NCBI RefSeq assembly: GCF_009914755.1
Contig: NC_060939.1
Direction: 5' to 3' (one strand)
DNA from: the human T2T-CHM13v2.0 reference genome, Homo sapiens
DNA length: 64,000 nt
Below the pieces are notes generated by a model. That model worked only from the letters and a program-made list of their open reading frames with translations, was not told where the DNA came from and ran no database searches. This document shows positions 12,501-27,700 of the stretch, in pieces. A program made the position numbers and the translations under genes. Position 1 is the stretch's first letter. Every line of letters starts with the position of its first letter.

Positions 12501-15500
12501 ATGTAACTGTTGTGTAACCTCTGCCTACAGGGGAATTGTGAGAGATCTCGTCACTGATTACCCAAGTGATGTAACCGTTGTCTAGGCTTTGCATACAGGG
12601 GGCTTTGTGACATACCTTTGCACTGATCACCCAGGTGATGTAACACATCTAAGTTCGGCCTAAAGGAGCTTTGTGACATATCTCTGCACTGATCACTTAG
12701 GTGATGTAACACTTTTATAATCACTGCCTACAGGGAATTTTGACAAATCTCTGCACTGATCACCTAGGTGATGTAACTCTTGTCTACCCCCTGTCCAACA
12801 GTGCATTGTGAAATATCTCTGCACTGATCACCCAGGTGATTGAACTCTTGACTAGGAACTGCCTACAGAGGTTATTGTGAAATATCTCTGCACTGATAAA
12901 CTAGGTGGTGTAAGCATTGTCCAAGCTCTGCCTACAGGGGCGTTTCCACATATCCCTGAACTGATGACAAAGGTGATGTAACTCTTGCCTAGGCTTTGCC
13001 TGCAGGGAACATTGGACATATATCTGCACTGATCACCCAGGTGATGCAACTCTTGCCTAGGCTTTGCCTACAAGGGACATTGTGACATATCTCTTCAATG
13101 ATCACTCATGTGATGCATCTCTTGCCTAGGCTTTGCCTACAGGGGACATTGTGACATATCTCTGCACTGATCTCCCAGTTGCTGTAACTTTAGTCTAGGC
13201 TCTGGCTACACGGCATTGTGACATATCACTGCACTGATCAACCAGGTGATATAACTCTTGTATAGGCTCTGCCTACAGGGGGATTGTGACCTACCTCTGC
13301 ACTGATCACGCAGGTGATATAACTCTTCTCTAGTATCTTCCTACAGGGTACTTTGTGACATATCCCTGCACTGATCACCCAGGTGATCTATCTCTGGTCT
13401 AAGCTCTGCCTAAAGGGGCATTGTGACAGATCTCTGCACTGATCACTCAGGTGATGTAAGTATTGTCTAGGCTCTGCTTCAAGGGGCCTTGTCACATATC
13501 TCTGCACTGATAACCCAGGTGATGTAACTCTTGTCTAGGCTCTGCTTCCAGGGCATATTGTGACATATCTATGCACTGATCACCTTAGTGATGTAACACT
13601 TTGGTAGGCTCGGCCTACAGGGGAATGTTGACATATCTCTGCACTGTTAACCGAGGTGATTTAACTCTTGTCTAGGCTGTGCCCACAGTGGGATTGAGAC
13701 ATATCTCTGCACTGATCCCGAGGTGATACAACTCTTGCCTGGTCTCTGCCTACTGTGGACATTGTGACATATCTCTGCACTGATCTCCCAGGTGCTGTAA
13801 CTTTAGTCTAGGCTCTGGCTACACGGCATTGTGACATATCACTGCACTGATCACCCAGGCGATATAACTCTTCTCTAGGATCTGACCACAGGGTGCTTTG
13901 TGACATATCCCTGCAATGATCACCCAGGTGACATACAACTTGCCAAGGCTCTGCCTACAGGGGCATTGCAATGTATCTCTGCACTGATCACCTAGGTCTT
14001 GTAGCTATTTTCTAGGATCTGCCTACAGGGTGCTTTGTGAGGTGTCTCAGCAAGGTTTACCCAGGTGATGTATCTCTCATCAAGGCTCTGCCTACAGGCA
14101 CATTGTGATGTATCTCTGCACTGATCACCTAGGTCATGTAACCTTTTTCTAGGCTCTACCTACGATGGCATTGTGACATATCTCTGCACTAATCATCCAA
14201 GTGATGTAACACTTGTCTAGGATGTGCCTAAATTAACTTTTTGACATAACCCTGTACTGATCATACAGGTGATGGAGCTTTTGTCTAGGCTCTGCCTAAG
14301 GGGGCATTGTGACATATTTCTGCATTGATCACCCAGGTGGCGAACTCTTCTCTCGGATCTGCCTATGGGGGCATTGTGAGAAATCTCTGCACTGATAACC
14401 CAGGTGATGTAACTGTTGTGTAACCTCTGCCTACAGGAGAATTGTGAGAGATCTCGTCACTGATTACCCAAGTGATGTAACCGTTGTCTAGGCTTTGCAT
14501 ACAGGGGGTTTTGTGACATACCTTTGCACTGATCACCCAGGTGATGTAACACATCTAAGTTCGGCCTAAAGGAGCTTTGTGACATATCACTGCACTGATC
14601 ACTTAGGTGATGTAACACTTTTATAATCACTGCCTACAGGGAATTTTGACAAATCTCTGCACTGATCACCTAGGTGATGTAACTCTTGTCTACCCCCTGT
14701 CCAACGGGGCATTGTGAAATATCTCTGCACTGATCACCCAGGTGATTCAACTCTTGACTAGGAACTGCCTACAGAGGTTATTGTGAAATATCTCTGCACT
14801 GATAAACTAGGTGGTGTAACCCTTGTCCAAGCTCTGCCTACAGGGGCGTTTCCACATATCCCTGAAATGATGACAAAGGTGATGTAACTCTTGCCTAGGC
14901 TTTGCCTACAGGGAACATTGGACATATATCTGCACTGATCACCCAGGTGATGCAACTCCTGCCTAGGCTTTGCCTACAGGGGACATTGTGACATATCTCT
15001 TCAATGATCACTCATGTGATGCATCTCTTGCCTAGGCTTTGCCTACAGGGGACATTGTGACATATCTCTGCACTGATCTCCCAGGTGCTGTAACTTTAGT
15101 CTAGGCTCTGGCTACACGGCATTGTGACATATCACTGCACTGATCAACCAGGTGATATAACTCTTTTATAGGCTCTGCCTACAGGGGGATTGTGACCTAC
15201 CTCTGCACTGATCACCCAGGTGATATAACTCTTCTCTAGGATCTGCCTACAGGGTACTTTGTGACATATCCCTGCACTGATCACCCAGGTGATCTATCTC
15301 TGGTCTAAGCTCTGCCTAAAGGGGCATTGTGACAGATCTCTGCACTGATCACTCAGGTGATGTAAGTATTGTCTAGGCTCGGCTTCAAGGGGCCTTGTCA
15401 CATATCTCTGCACTGATCACCCAGGTGATGTAACTCTTGTCTAGGCTCTGCTTCCAGGGCATATTGTGACATATCTATGCACTGATCACCTTAGTGATGT

Positions 15501-18028
15501 AACATTTTGGTAGGCTCGGCCTACAGGGGAATCTTGACATATCTCTGCACTGTTAACCGAGGTGATTTAACTCTTGTCTAGGCTGTGCCCACAGGGGGAT
15601 TGAGACATATCTCTGCACTGATCCCGAGGTGATACAACTCTTGCCTGGTCTCTGCCTACTGTGGACATTGTGACATATCTCTGCACTGATCTCCCAGGTG
15701 CTGTAACTTTAGTCTAGGCTCTGGCTACACGGCATTGTGACATATCACTGCACTGATCACCCAGGCGATATAACTCTTCTCTAGGATCTGACCACAGGGT
15801 GCTTTGTGACATATCCCTGCAATGATCACCCAGGTGATATACCACTTGCCAAGGCTCTGCCTACAGGGGCATTGCAATGTATCTCTGCACTGATCACCTA
15901 GGTCTTGTAGCTATTTTCTAGGATCTGCCTACAGGGTGCTTTGTGACGTGTCCCAGCAAGGATTACCCAGGTGATGTACCTCTCATCAAGGCTCTGCCTA
16001 CAGGCACATTGTGATGTATCTCTGCACTGATCACCTAGGTCATGTAACCTTTTTCTAGGCTCTACCTACGATGGCATTGTGACATATCTCTGCACTAATC
16101 ATCCAAGTGATGTAACACTTGTCTAGGATGTGCCTAAATTAACTTTTTGACATAACCCTGTACTGATCATCCAGGTGATGGAGCTTTTGTCTAGGCTCTG
16201 TCTAAGGGGGCATTGTGACATATTTCTGCATTGATCACCCAGGTGGCGAACTCTTCTCTCGGATCTGCCTATGGGGGCATTGTGAGAAATCTCTGCACTG
16301 ATCACCCAGGTGATGTAACTGTTGTGTAACCTCTGCCTACAGGGGAATTGTGAGAGATCTCGTCACTGATTACCCAAGTGATGTAACCGTTGTCTAGGCT
16401 TTGCATACAGGGGGCTTTGTGACATACCTTTGCACTGATCACCCAGGTGATGTAACACATCTAAGTTCGGCCTAAAGGAGCTTTGTGACATATCTCTGCA
16501 CTGATCACTTAGGTGATGTAACACTTTTATAATGACTGCCTACAGGGAATTTTGACAAATCTCTGCACTGATCACCTAGGTGATGTAACTCTTGTCTACC
16601 CTCTGTCCAACGGGGCATTGTGAAATATCTCTGCACTGATCACCCAGGTGATTCAACTCTTGACTAGGAATTGCCAACAGAGGTTATTGTGAAATATCTC
16701 TGCACTGATAAACTAGGTGGTGTAACCCTTGTCCAAGCTCTGCCTACAGGGGCGTTTCCACATATCCCTGAACTGATGACAAAGGTGATGTAACTCTTGC
16801 CTAGGCTTTGCCTACAGGGAACATTGGACATATATTTGCACTGATCACCCAGGTGATGCAACTCCTGCCTAGGCTTTGCCTACAGGGGTCATTGTGACAT
16901 ATCTCTTCAATGATCACTCATGTGATGCATCTCTTGCCTAGGCTTTGCCTACAGGGGACATTGTGACATATCTCTGCACTGATCTCCCAGGTGCTGTAAC
17001 TTTAGTCTAGGCTCTGGCTACACGGCATTGTGACATATCACTGCACTGATCAACCAGGTGATATAACCCTTGTATAGGCTATGCCTACAGGGGGATTGTG
17101 ACCTACCTCTGCACTGATCACCCAGGTGATATAACTCTTCTCTAGGATCTGCCTACAGGGTACTTTGTGACATACCCCTGCACTGATCACCCAGGTGATC
17201 TATCTCTGGTCTAAGCTCTGCCTAAAGGGGCATTGTGACAGATCTCTGCACTGATCACTCAGGTGATGTAAGTATTGTCTAGGCTCTGCTTCAAGGGGCC
17301 TTGTCACATATCTCTGCACTGATCACCCAGGTGATGTAACTCTTGTCTAGGCTCTGCTTCCAGGGCATATTGTGACATATCTATGCACTGATCACCTTAG
17401 TGATGTAACACTTTGGTAGGCTCGGCCTACAGGGGAATCTTGACATATCTCTGCACTGTTAACCGAGGTGATTTAACTCTTGTCTAGGCTGTGCCCACAG
17501 GGGGATTGAGACATATCTCTGCAGTGATCCCGAGGTGATACAACTCTTGCCTGGTCTCTGCCTACTGTGGACATTGGGACATATCTCTGCACTGATCTCC
17601 CAGGTGCTGTAACTTTACTCTAGGCTCTGGCTACACGGCATTGTGACATATCACTGCACTGATCACCCAGGCGATATAACTCTGCTCTAGGATCTGACCA
17701 CAGGGTGCTTTGTGACATATCCCTGCAATGATCACCCAGGTTATATACCACTTGCCAAGGCTCTGCCTACAGGGGCATTGCAATGTATCTCTGCACTGAT
17801 CACCTAGGTCTTGTAGCTATTTTCTAGGATCTGCCTACAGGGTGCTTTGTGACGTGTCCCAGCAACGATTACCCAGGTGATGTACCTCTCATCAAGGCTC
17901 TGCCTACAGGCACATTGTGATGTATCTCTGCACTGATCACCTAGGTCATGTAACTTTTTTCTAGGCTCTACCTACGATGGCATTGTGACATATCTCTGCA
18001 CTAATCATCCAAGTGATGTAACTCTTGT

Positions 18029-21000
18029 CTAGGATGTGTCTAAATTAACTTTTTGACATAACCCTGTACTGATCATCCAGGTGATGGAGCTTTTGTCTAG
18101 GCTCTGCCTAAGGGGGCATTGTGACATATTTCTGCATTGATCACCCAGGTGGCGAACTCTTCTCTCGGATCTGCCTATGGGGGCATTGTGAGAAATCTCT
18201 GCACTGATCACCCAGGTGATGTAACTGTTGTGTAACATCTGCCTACAGGGGAATTGTGAGGGATCTCGTCAATGATTACCCAAGTGATGTATCCGTTCTC
18301 TAGGCTTTGCATACAGGGGGCTTTGTGACATAACTTTGCACTGATCACCCAGGTGATGTAACACATCTAAGTTCGGCCTAAAGGAGCTTTGTGACATATC
18401 TCTGCACTGATCACTTAGGTGATGTAACACTTTTATAATCACTGCCTACAGGGAATTTTGACAAATCTCTGCACTGATCACCTAGGTGATGTAACTCTTG
18501 TCTACCCTCTGTCCAACGGGGCATTGTGAAATATCTCTGCACTGATCACCCAGGTGATTCAACTCTTGACTAGGAACTGCCTACAGAGGTTATTGTGAAA
18601 TATCTCTGCACTGATAAACTAGGTGGTGTAACCCTTGTCCAAGCTCTGCCTACAGGGGCGTTTTCACATATCCATGAACTGATGACAAAGGTGATGTAAC
18701 TCTTGCCTAGGCTTTGCCTACAGGGAACATTGGACATATATCTGCACTGATCACCCAGGTGATGCAACTGTTGCCTAGGCTTTGCCTACAAGGGACATTG
18801 TGACATATCTCTGCACTGATCTCCCAGTTGCTGTAACTTTAGTCTAGGCTCTGGCTACACGGCATTGTGACATATCACTGCACTGATCAACCAGGTGATA
18901 TAAGTCTTGTATAGGCTCTGCCTACAGGGGGATTGTGACCTACCTCTGCACTGATCACCCAGGTGATATAACTCTTCTCTAGGATCTGCCTACAGGGTAC
19001 TTTGTGACATATCCCTGCACTGATCACCCAGGTGATCTATCTCTGGTCTAAGCTCTGCCTAAAGGGGCATTGTGACAGATCTCTGCACTGATCACTCAGG
19101 TGATGTAAGTATTGTCTAGGCTCTGCTTCAAGGGACCTTGTCACATATCTCTGCACTGATCACCCAGGTGATGTAACTCTTGTCTAGGCTCTGCTTCCAG
19201 GGCATATTGTGACATATCTATGCACTGATCACCTTAGTGATGTAACACTTTGGTAGGCTCGGCCTACAGGGGAATGTTGACATATCTCTGCACTGTTAAC
19301 CGAGGTGATTTAACTCTTGTCTAGGCTGTGCCCACAGGGGGATTGAGACATATCTCTGCACTGATCCCGAGGTGATACAACTCTTGCCTGGTCTCTGCCT
19401 ACTGTGGACATTGGGACATATCTCTGCACTGATCTCCCAGGTGCTGTAACTTTAGTCTAGGCTCTGGCTACACGGCATTGTGACATATCACTGCACTGAT
19501 CACCCAGGCGATATAACTCTGCTCTAGGATCTGACCACAGGGTGCTTTGTGACATATCCCTGCAATGATCACCCAGGTTATATACCACTTGCCAAGGCTC
19601 TGCCTACAGGGGCATTGCAATGTATCTCTGCACTGATCACATAGGTCTTGTAGCTATTTTCTAGGATCTGCCTACAGGGTGCTTTGTGACGTGTCCCAGC
19701 AACGATTACCCAGGTGATGTACCTCTCATCAAGGCTCTGCCTACAGGCACATTGTGATGTATCTCTGCACTGATCACCTAGGTCATGTAACTTTTTTCTA
19801 GGCTCTACCTACGATGGCATTGTGACATATCACTGCACTAATCATCCAAGTGATGTAACTCTTGTCTAGGATGTGTCTAAATTAACTTTTTGACATAACC
19901 CTGTACTGATCATCCAGGTGATGGAGCTTTTGTCTAGGCTCTGCCTAAGGGGGCATTGTGACATATTTCTGCATTGATCACCCAGGTGGCGAACTCTTCT
20001 CTCGGATCTGCCTATGGGGGCATTGTGAGAAATCTCTGCACTGATCACCCAGGTGATGTAACTGTTGTGTAACCTCTGCCTACAGGGGAATTGTGAGAGA
20101 TCTCGTCAATGATTACCCAAGTGATGTATCCGTTGTCTAGGCTTTGCATACAGGGGGCTTTGTGACATACCTTTGCACTGATCACCCAGGTGATGTAACA
20201 CATCTAAGTTCGGCCTAAAGGAGCTTTGTGACATATCTCTGCACTGATCACTTAGGTGATGTAACACTTTTATCATCACTGCCTACAGGGAATTTTGACA
20301 AATCTCTGCACTGATCACCTAGGTGATGTAACTCTTGTCTACCCTCTGTCCAACGGGGCATTGTAAAATATCTCTGCACTGATCACCCAGGTGATTCAAC
20401 CCTTGACTAGGAACTGCCTACAGAGGTTATTGTGAAATATCTCTGCACTGATAAACTAGGTGGTGTAACCCTTGTCCAAGCTCTGCCTACAGGGGCGTTT
20501 CCACATATCCATGAACTGATGACAAAGGTGATGTAACTCTTGCCTAGGCTTTGCCTACAGGGAACATTGGACATATATCTGCACTGATCACCCAGGTGAT
20601 GCAACTGTTGCCTAGGCTTTGCCTACAGGGGACATTGTGACATATCTCTGCACTGATCTCCCAGGTGCTGTAACTTTAGTCTAGGCTCTGGCTACACGGC
20701 ATTGTGACATATCACTGCACTGATCAACCAGGTGATATAACCCTTGTATAGGCTCTGCCTACAGGGGGATTGTGACCTACCACTGCACTGATCACCCAGG
20801 TGATATAACTCTTCTCTAGGATCTGCCTACAGGGTACTTTGTGACATATCCCTGCACTGATCACCCAGGTGATCTAACTCTGGTCTAAGCACTGCCTAAA
20901 GGGGCATTGTGACAGATCTCTGCACTGATCACTCTGGTGATGAAAGTTTTGTCTAGGCTCTGCTTCAAGGGGCCTTGTCACATATCTCTGCACTGATCAC

Positions 21001-21702
21001 CCAGGTGATGTAACTCTTGTCTAGGCTCTGCTTCCAGGGCATATTGTGACATATCTATACACTGATCACCTTAGTGATGTAACACTTTGGTAGGCTCGGC
21101 CTACAGGGGAATCTTGACATATCTCTGCACTGTTAACCGAGGTGATTTAACTCTTGTCTAGGCTGTGCCCACAGGGGGATTGAGACATATCTCTGCACTG
21201 ATCCCGAGGTGATACAATTCTTGCCTGGTCTCTGCCTACTGTGGACATTGGGACATATCGCTGCACTGATCTCCCAGGTGCTGTAACTTTAGTCTAGGCT
21301 CTGGCTACACGGCATTGTGACATATCACTGCACTGATCACCCAGGCGATATAACTCTTCTCTAGGATCTGACCACAGGGTGCTTTGTGACATATCCCTGC
21401 AATGATCACCCAGGTGATATACCACTTGCCAAGGCTCTGCCTACAGGGGCATTGCAATGTATCTCTGCACTGATCACCTAGGTCTTGTAGCTATTTTCTA
21501 GGATCTGCCTACAGGGTGCTTTGTGACGTGTCCCAGCAAGGATTACCCAGGTGATGTACCTCTCATCAAGGCTCTGCCTACAGGCACATTGTGATGTATC
21601 TCTGCACTGATCACCTAGGTCATGTAACTATTTTCTAGGCTCTACCTACGATGGCATTGTGACATATCTCTGCACTAATCATCCAAGTGATGTAACCCTT
21701 GT
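18029..21702. repeat. Two tandem 27-mer HOR variant B units (1837 bp), lacking the 69-bp M12 monomer
   Basis: Landmarks at 18029, 19866 and 21703. The monomer containing TTCAATGATCACTCATGTGATGCATC is absent at ~18775-18820 and ~20612-20660. Confidence 0.92.
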
Positions 21703-24700
21703 CTAGGATGTGCCTAAATTAACTTTTTGACATAACCCTGTACTGATCATCCAGGTGATGGAGCTTTTGTCTAGGCTCTGCCTAAGGGGGCATTGTGACA
21801 TATTTCTGCATTGATCACCCAGGTGGCGAACTCTTCTCTCGGATCTGCCTATGGGGGCATTGTGAGAAATCTCTGCACTGATCACCCAGGTGATGTAACT
21901 GTTGTGTAACCTCTGCCTACAGGGGAACTGTGAGAGATCTCGTCACTGATTACCCAAGTGATGTAACCGTTCTCTAGGCTTTGCATACCGGGGGCTTTGT
22001 GACATACCTTTGCACTGATCACCCAGGTGATGTAACACATCTAAGTTCGGCCTAAAGGAGCTTTGTGACATATCTCTGCACTGATCACTTAGGTGATGTA
22101 ACACTTTTATAATCACTGCCTACAGGGAATTTTGACAAATCTCTGCACTGATCACCTAGGTGATGTAACTGTTGTCTACCCTCTGTCCAACGGGGCATTG
22201 TGAAATATCTCTGCACTGATCACCCAGGTGATTCAACTCTTGACTAGGAACTGCCTACAGAGGTTATTGTGAAATATCTCTGCACTGATAAACTAGGTGG
22301 TGTAACCCTTGTCCAAGCTCTGCCTACAGGGGCGTTTCCACATATCCCTGAACTGCTGACAGAGGTGATGTAACTCTTGCCTAGGCTTTGCCTACAGGGA
22401 ACATTGGACATATATCTGCACTGATCACCCAGGTGATGCAACTCTTGCCTAGGCTTTGCCTACAGGGGACACTGTGACATATCTCTTCAATGATCACTCA
22501 TGTGATGCATCTCTTGCCTAGGCTTTGCCTACAGGGATATTGTGACATATCTCTGCACTGATCTCCCAGGTGCTGTAACTTTAGTCTAGGCTCTGGCTAC
22601 ACGGCATTGTGACATATCACTGCACTAATCAACCAGGTGATATAACTCTTGTATAGGCTCTGCGTACAGGGGGATTGTGACCTACCTCTGTACGGATCAC
22701 CCAGGTGATATAACTCTTCTCTAGGATCTTCCTACAGGGTACTTTGTGACATATCCCTGCACTGATCACCCAGGTGATCTATCTCTGGTCTAAGCTCTGC
22801 CTAAAGGGGCATTGTGACAGATCTCTGCACTGATCACTCTGGTGATGTAAGTATTGTCTAGGCTCTGCTTCAAGGGGCCTTGTCACATATCTCTGCACTG
22901 ATCACCCAGGTGATGTAACTCTTGTCTAGGCTGTGCTTCCAGGGCATATTGTGACATATCTATGCACTGATCACCTTAGTGATGTAACACTTTGGTAGGC
23001 TCGGCCTACAGGGGAATCTTGACATATCTCTGCACTGTTAACCGAGGTGATTTAACTCTTGTCTAGGCTGTGCCCACAGGGGGATTGAGACATATCTCTG
23101 CACTGATCCCGAGGTGATACAACTCTTGCCTGGTCTCTGCCTACTGTGGACATTGTGACATATCTCTGCACTGATCTCCCAGGTGCTGTAACTTTAGTCT
23201 AGGCTCTGGCTACACGGCATTGTGACATATCACTGCACTGATCACCCAGGCGATATAACTGTTCTCTAGGATCTGACCACAGGGTGCTTTGTGACATATC
23301 CCTGCAATGATCACCCAGGTGATATACCACTTGCCAAGGCTCTGCCTACAGGGGCATTGCAATGTATCTCTGCACTGATCACCTAGGTCTTGTAGCTATT
23401 TTCTAGGATGTGCCTACAGGGTGCTTTGTGACGTGTCCCAGCAAGGATTACCCAGGTGATGTACCTCTCATCAAGGCTCTGCCTACAGGCACATTGTGAT
23501 GTATCTCTGCACTGATCACCTAGGTCATGTAACTTTTTTCTAGGCTCTACCTACGATGGCATTGTGACATATCTCTGCACTAATCATCCAAGTGATGTAA
23601 CTCTTGTCTAGGATGTGCCTAAATTAACTTTTTGACATAACCCTGTACTGATCATCCAGGTGATGGAGCTTTTGTCTAGGCTCTGCCTAAGGGGGCATTG
23701 TGACATATTTCTGCATTGATCACCCAGGTGGCGAACTCTTCTCTCGGATCTGCCTATGGGGGCATTGTCAGAAATCTCTGCACTGATCACCCAGGTGATG
23801 TAACTGTTGTGTAACCTCTGCCTACAGGGGAATTGTGAGAGATCTCGTCAATGATTACCCAAGGGATGTAACCGTTGTCTAGGCTTTGCATACAGGGGGC
23901 TTTGTGACATACCTTTGCACTGATCACCCAGGTGATGTAACACATCTAAGTTCGGCCTAAAGGAGCTTTGTGACATATCTCTGCACTGATCACTTAGGTG
24001 ATGTAACACTTTTATAATCACTGCCTACAGGGAATTTTGACAAATCTCTGCACTGATCATCTAGGTGATGTAACTCTTGTCTACCCTCTCTCCAACGGGG
24101 CATTGTGAAATATCTCTGCACTGATCACCCAGGTGATTCAACTCTTGACTAGGAACTGCCTACAGAGGTTATTGTGAAATATCTCTGCACTGATAAACTA
24201 GGTGGTGTAACCCTTGTCCAAGCTCTGCCTACAGGGTCGTTTCCACATATCCCTGAACTGATGACAGAGGTGATGTAACTCTTGCCTAGGCTTTGCCTAC
24301 AGGGAACATTGGACATATATCTGCACTGATCACCCAGGTGATGCAACTCTTGCCTAGGCTTTGCCTACAGGGGACATTGTGATATATCTCTTCAATGATC
24401 ACTCATGTGATGCATCTCTTGCCTAGGCTTTGCCTACAGGGGACATTGTGACATATCTCTTCACTGATCTCCCAGGTGCTGTAACTTTAGTCTAGGCTCT
24501 GGCTACACGGCATTGTGACATATCACTGCACTGATCAACCAGGTGATATAACTCTTGTATAGGCTCTGCCTACAGGGGGATTGTGACCTACCTCTGCACT
24601 GATCACCCAGGTGATATAACTCTTCTCTAGGATCTGCCTACAGGGTACTTTGGGACATACCCCTGCACTGATCACCCAGGTGATCTATCTCTGGTCTAAG

Positions 24701-27700
24701 CTCTGCCTAAAGGGGCATGGTGACAGATCTCTGTACTGATCACTCAGGTGATGTAAGTATTGTCTAGGCTCTGCTTCAAGGGGCCTTGTCACATATCTCT
24801 GCACTGATCACCCAGGTGATGTAACTCTTGTCTAGGCTCTGCTTCCAGGGCATATTGTGACATATCTATGCACTGATCACCTTAGTGATGTAACACTTTG
24901 GCAGGCTCGGCCTACAGGGGAATCTTGACATATCTCTGCACTGTTAACCGAGGTGATTTAACTCTTGTCTAGGCTGTGCCCACAGGGGGATTGAGACATA
25001 TCTCTGCACTGATCCCGAGGTGATACAACTCTTGCCTGGTCTCTGCCTACTGTGGACATTGGGACATATCTCTGCACTGATCTCCCAGGTGCTGTAACTT
25101 TACTCTAGGCTCTGGCTACACGGCATTGTGACATATCACTGCACTGATCACCCAGGCGATATAACTCTTCTCTAGGATCTGACCACAGGGTGCTTTGTGA
25201 CATATCCCTGCAATGATCACCCAGGTGATATACCACTTGCCAAGGCTCTGCCTACAGGGGCATTGCAATGTATCTCTGCACTGATCTCCTAGGTCTTGTA
25301 GCTAATTTCTAGGATCTGCCTACAGGGTGCTTTGTGACGTGTCCCAGCAAGGATTACCCAGGTGATGTACCTCTCATCAAGGCTCTGCCTACAAGCACAT
25401 TGTGATGTATCTCTGCACTGATCACCTAGGTCATGTAACTTTTTTCTAGGCTCTACCTACGATGGCATTGTGACATATCTCTGTACTAATCATCCAAGTG
25501 ATGTAACTCTTGTCTAGGATGTGTCTAAATTAACTTTTTAACATAACCCTGTACTGATCATCCAGGTGATGGAGCTTTTTTCTGGGCTCTGCCTAAGGGG
25601 GCATTGTGACATATTTCTGCATTGATCACCCAGGTGGCGAACTCTTCTCTCAGATCTGCCTATGGGGGCATTATGAGAAATCTCTGCACTGATCACCCAG
25701 GTGATGTAACTGTTGTGTAACCTCTGCCTACAGGGGAATTGTGAGAGATCTCGTCACTGATTACCCAAGGGATGTAACCGTTGTCTAGGCTTTGCATACA
25801 GGGGGCTTTGTGACATACCTTTTAACTGATCACCCAGGTGATGTAACACATCTAAGTTCGGCCTAAAGGAGCTTTGTGACATATCTCTGCAGTGATCACT
25901 TAGGTGATGTAACACTTTTATAATCACTGCCTACAGGGAATTTTGACAAATCTCTGCACTGATCACCTAGGTGATGTAACACTTGTCTACCCTCTGTCCA
26001 ACGGGGCATTGTGAAATATCGTTGCACTGATCACCCAGGTGATTCAACTCTTGACTAGGAACTGCCTACAGAGGTTATTGTGAAATATCTCTGCACGGAT
26101 AAACTAGGTGGTGTAAACCTTGTCCAAGCTCTGCCTACAGGGGCGTTTCCATATATCCCTGAACTCATGACAAAGGTGATGTAACTCTTCCCTAGGCTTT
26201 GCCTACAGGGAACATTGGACATATATCTGCACTGACCACCCAGGTGATGCAACTCTTTCCTTGGCTTTGCCTACAGCGGACATCGTGACATATCTCTTCA
26301 ATGATCACTCATGTGATGCATCTCTTGCCTAGGCTTTGCCTACAGGGGACATTGTGACATATCTCTGCACTGATCTCCCAGGTGCTGTAACTTTAGTCTA
26401 GGCTCTGGCTACACGGCATTGTGACATATCACTGCACTGATCAACCAGGTGATATAACTCTTGTATAGGCTCTGCCTACAGGGGGATTGTGACCTACCTC
26501 TGCACTGATCACCCAGGTGATATAACTCTTTTCTAGGATCTGCCTACAGGGTACTTTGTGACATATCCCTGCACTGATCACCCAGGTGATCTAACTCTGG
26601 TCTAAGCTCTGCCTAAAGGGGCATTGTGACAGATCTCTGCACTGATCACTCTGGTGATGTAAGTATTATCTAGGCTCTGCTTCAAGGGGCCTTATCACAT
26701 ATCTCTGCACTGATCACCCAGGTGATGTAACTCTTGTCTAGGCTCTGCTTCCGGGGCATATTGTGAAATATCTATGCACTGATCACTTTAGTGATGTAAC
26801 ACTTTGGTAGGCTCGGCCTACAGGGGAATCTTGACATATCTCTGCACTGTTAACCGAGGTGATTTAACTCTTGTCTAGGCTGTGCCCACAGGGTGTTTGA
26901 GACATATCTCTGCACTGATTCCGAGGTGATACAACTCTTGCCTGGTCTCTGCCTACTGTGGACATTGTGACATATCTCTGCACTGATCTCCCAGGTGCTG
27001 TAACTTTAATCTAGGCTCTGGCTACACGGCATTGGGACATATCACTGCACTGATCACCCAGGCGATATAACTCTCCTCTAGGATCTGACAACAGGGTGCT
27101 TTGTGACATATCCCTGCAATGATCACCCAGGTGATATACCACTTGCCAAGGCTCTGCCTACAGGGGCATTGCAATGTATCTCTGCACTGATCACCTAGGT
27201 CTTGTAGCTATTTTCTAGGATCTGCCTACAGGGTGCTTTGTGACGTGTCCCAGCAAGGATTACCCAGGTGATGTACCTCTCATCAAGGCTCTGCCTACAG
27301 GCACATTGTGATGTATCTCTGCACTGATCACCTAGGTCATGTAAATTTTGTCTAGGCTCTACCTACGATGGCATTGTGACATATCTCTGCACTAATCATC
27401 CAAGTGATGTAACTCTTGTCTAGGATGTGCCTAAATTAACTTTTTGACATAACCCTGTACTGATCATCCAGGTGATGGAGCTTTTGTCTAGGCTCTGCCT
27501 AAGGGGGCATTGTGACATATTTCTGCATTGATCCCCCAGGTGGCGAACTCTTCTCTCGGATCTGCCAATGGGGGCATTGTGAGAAATCTCTGCACTGATC
27601 ACCCAGGTGATGTAACTGTTGTGTAACCTCTGCCTACAGGGGAATTGTGAGAGATCTCGTCACTCATTACCCAAGGGATGTAACCGTTGTCTAGGCTTTG

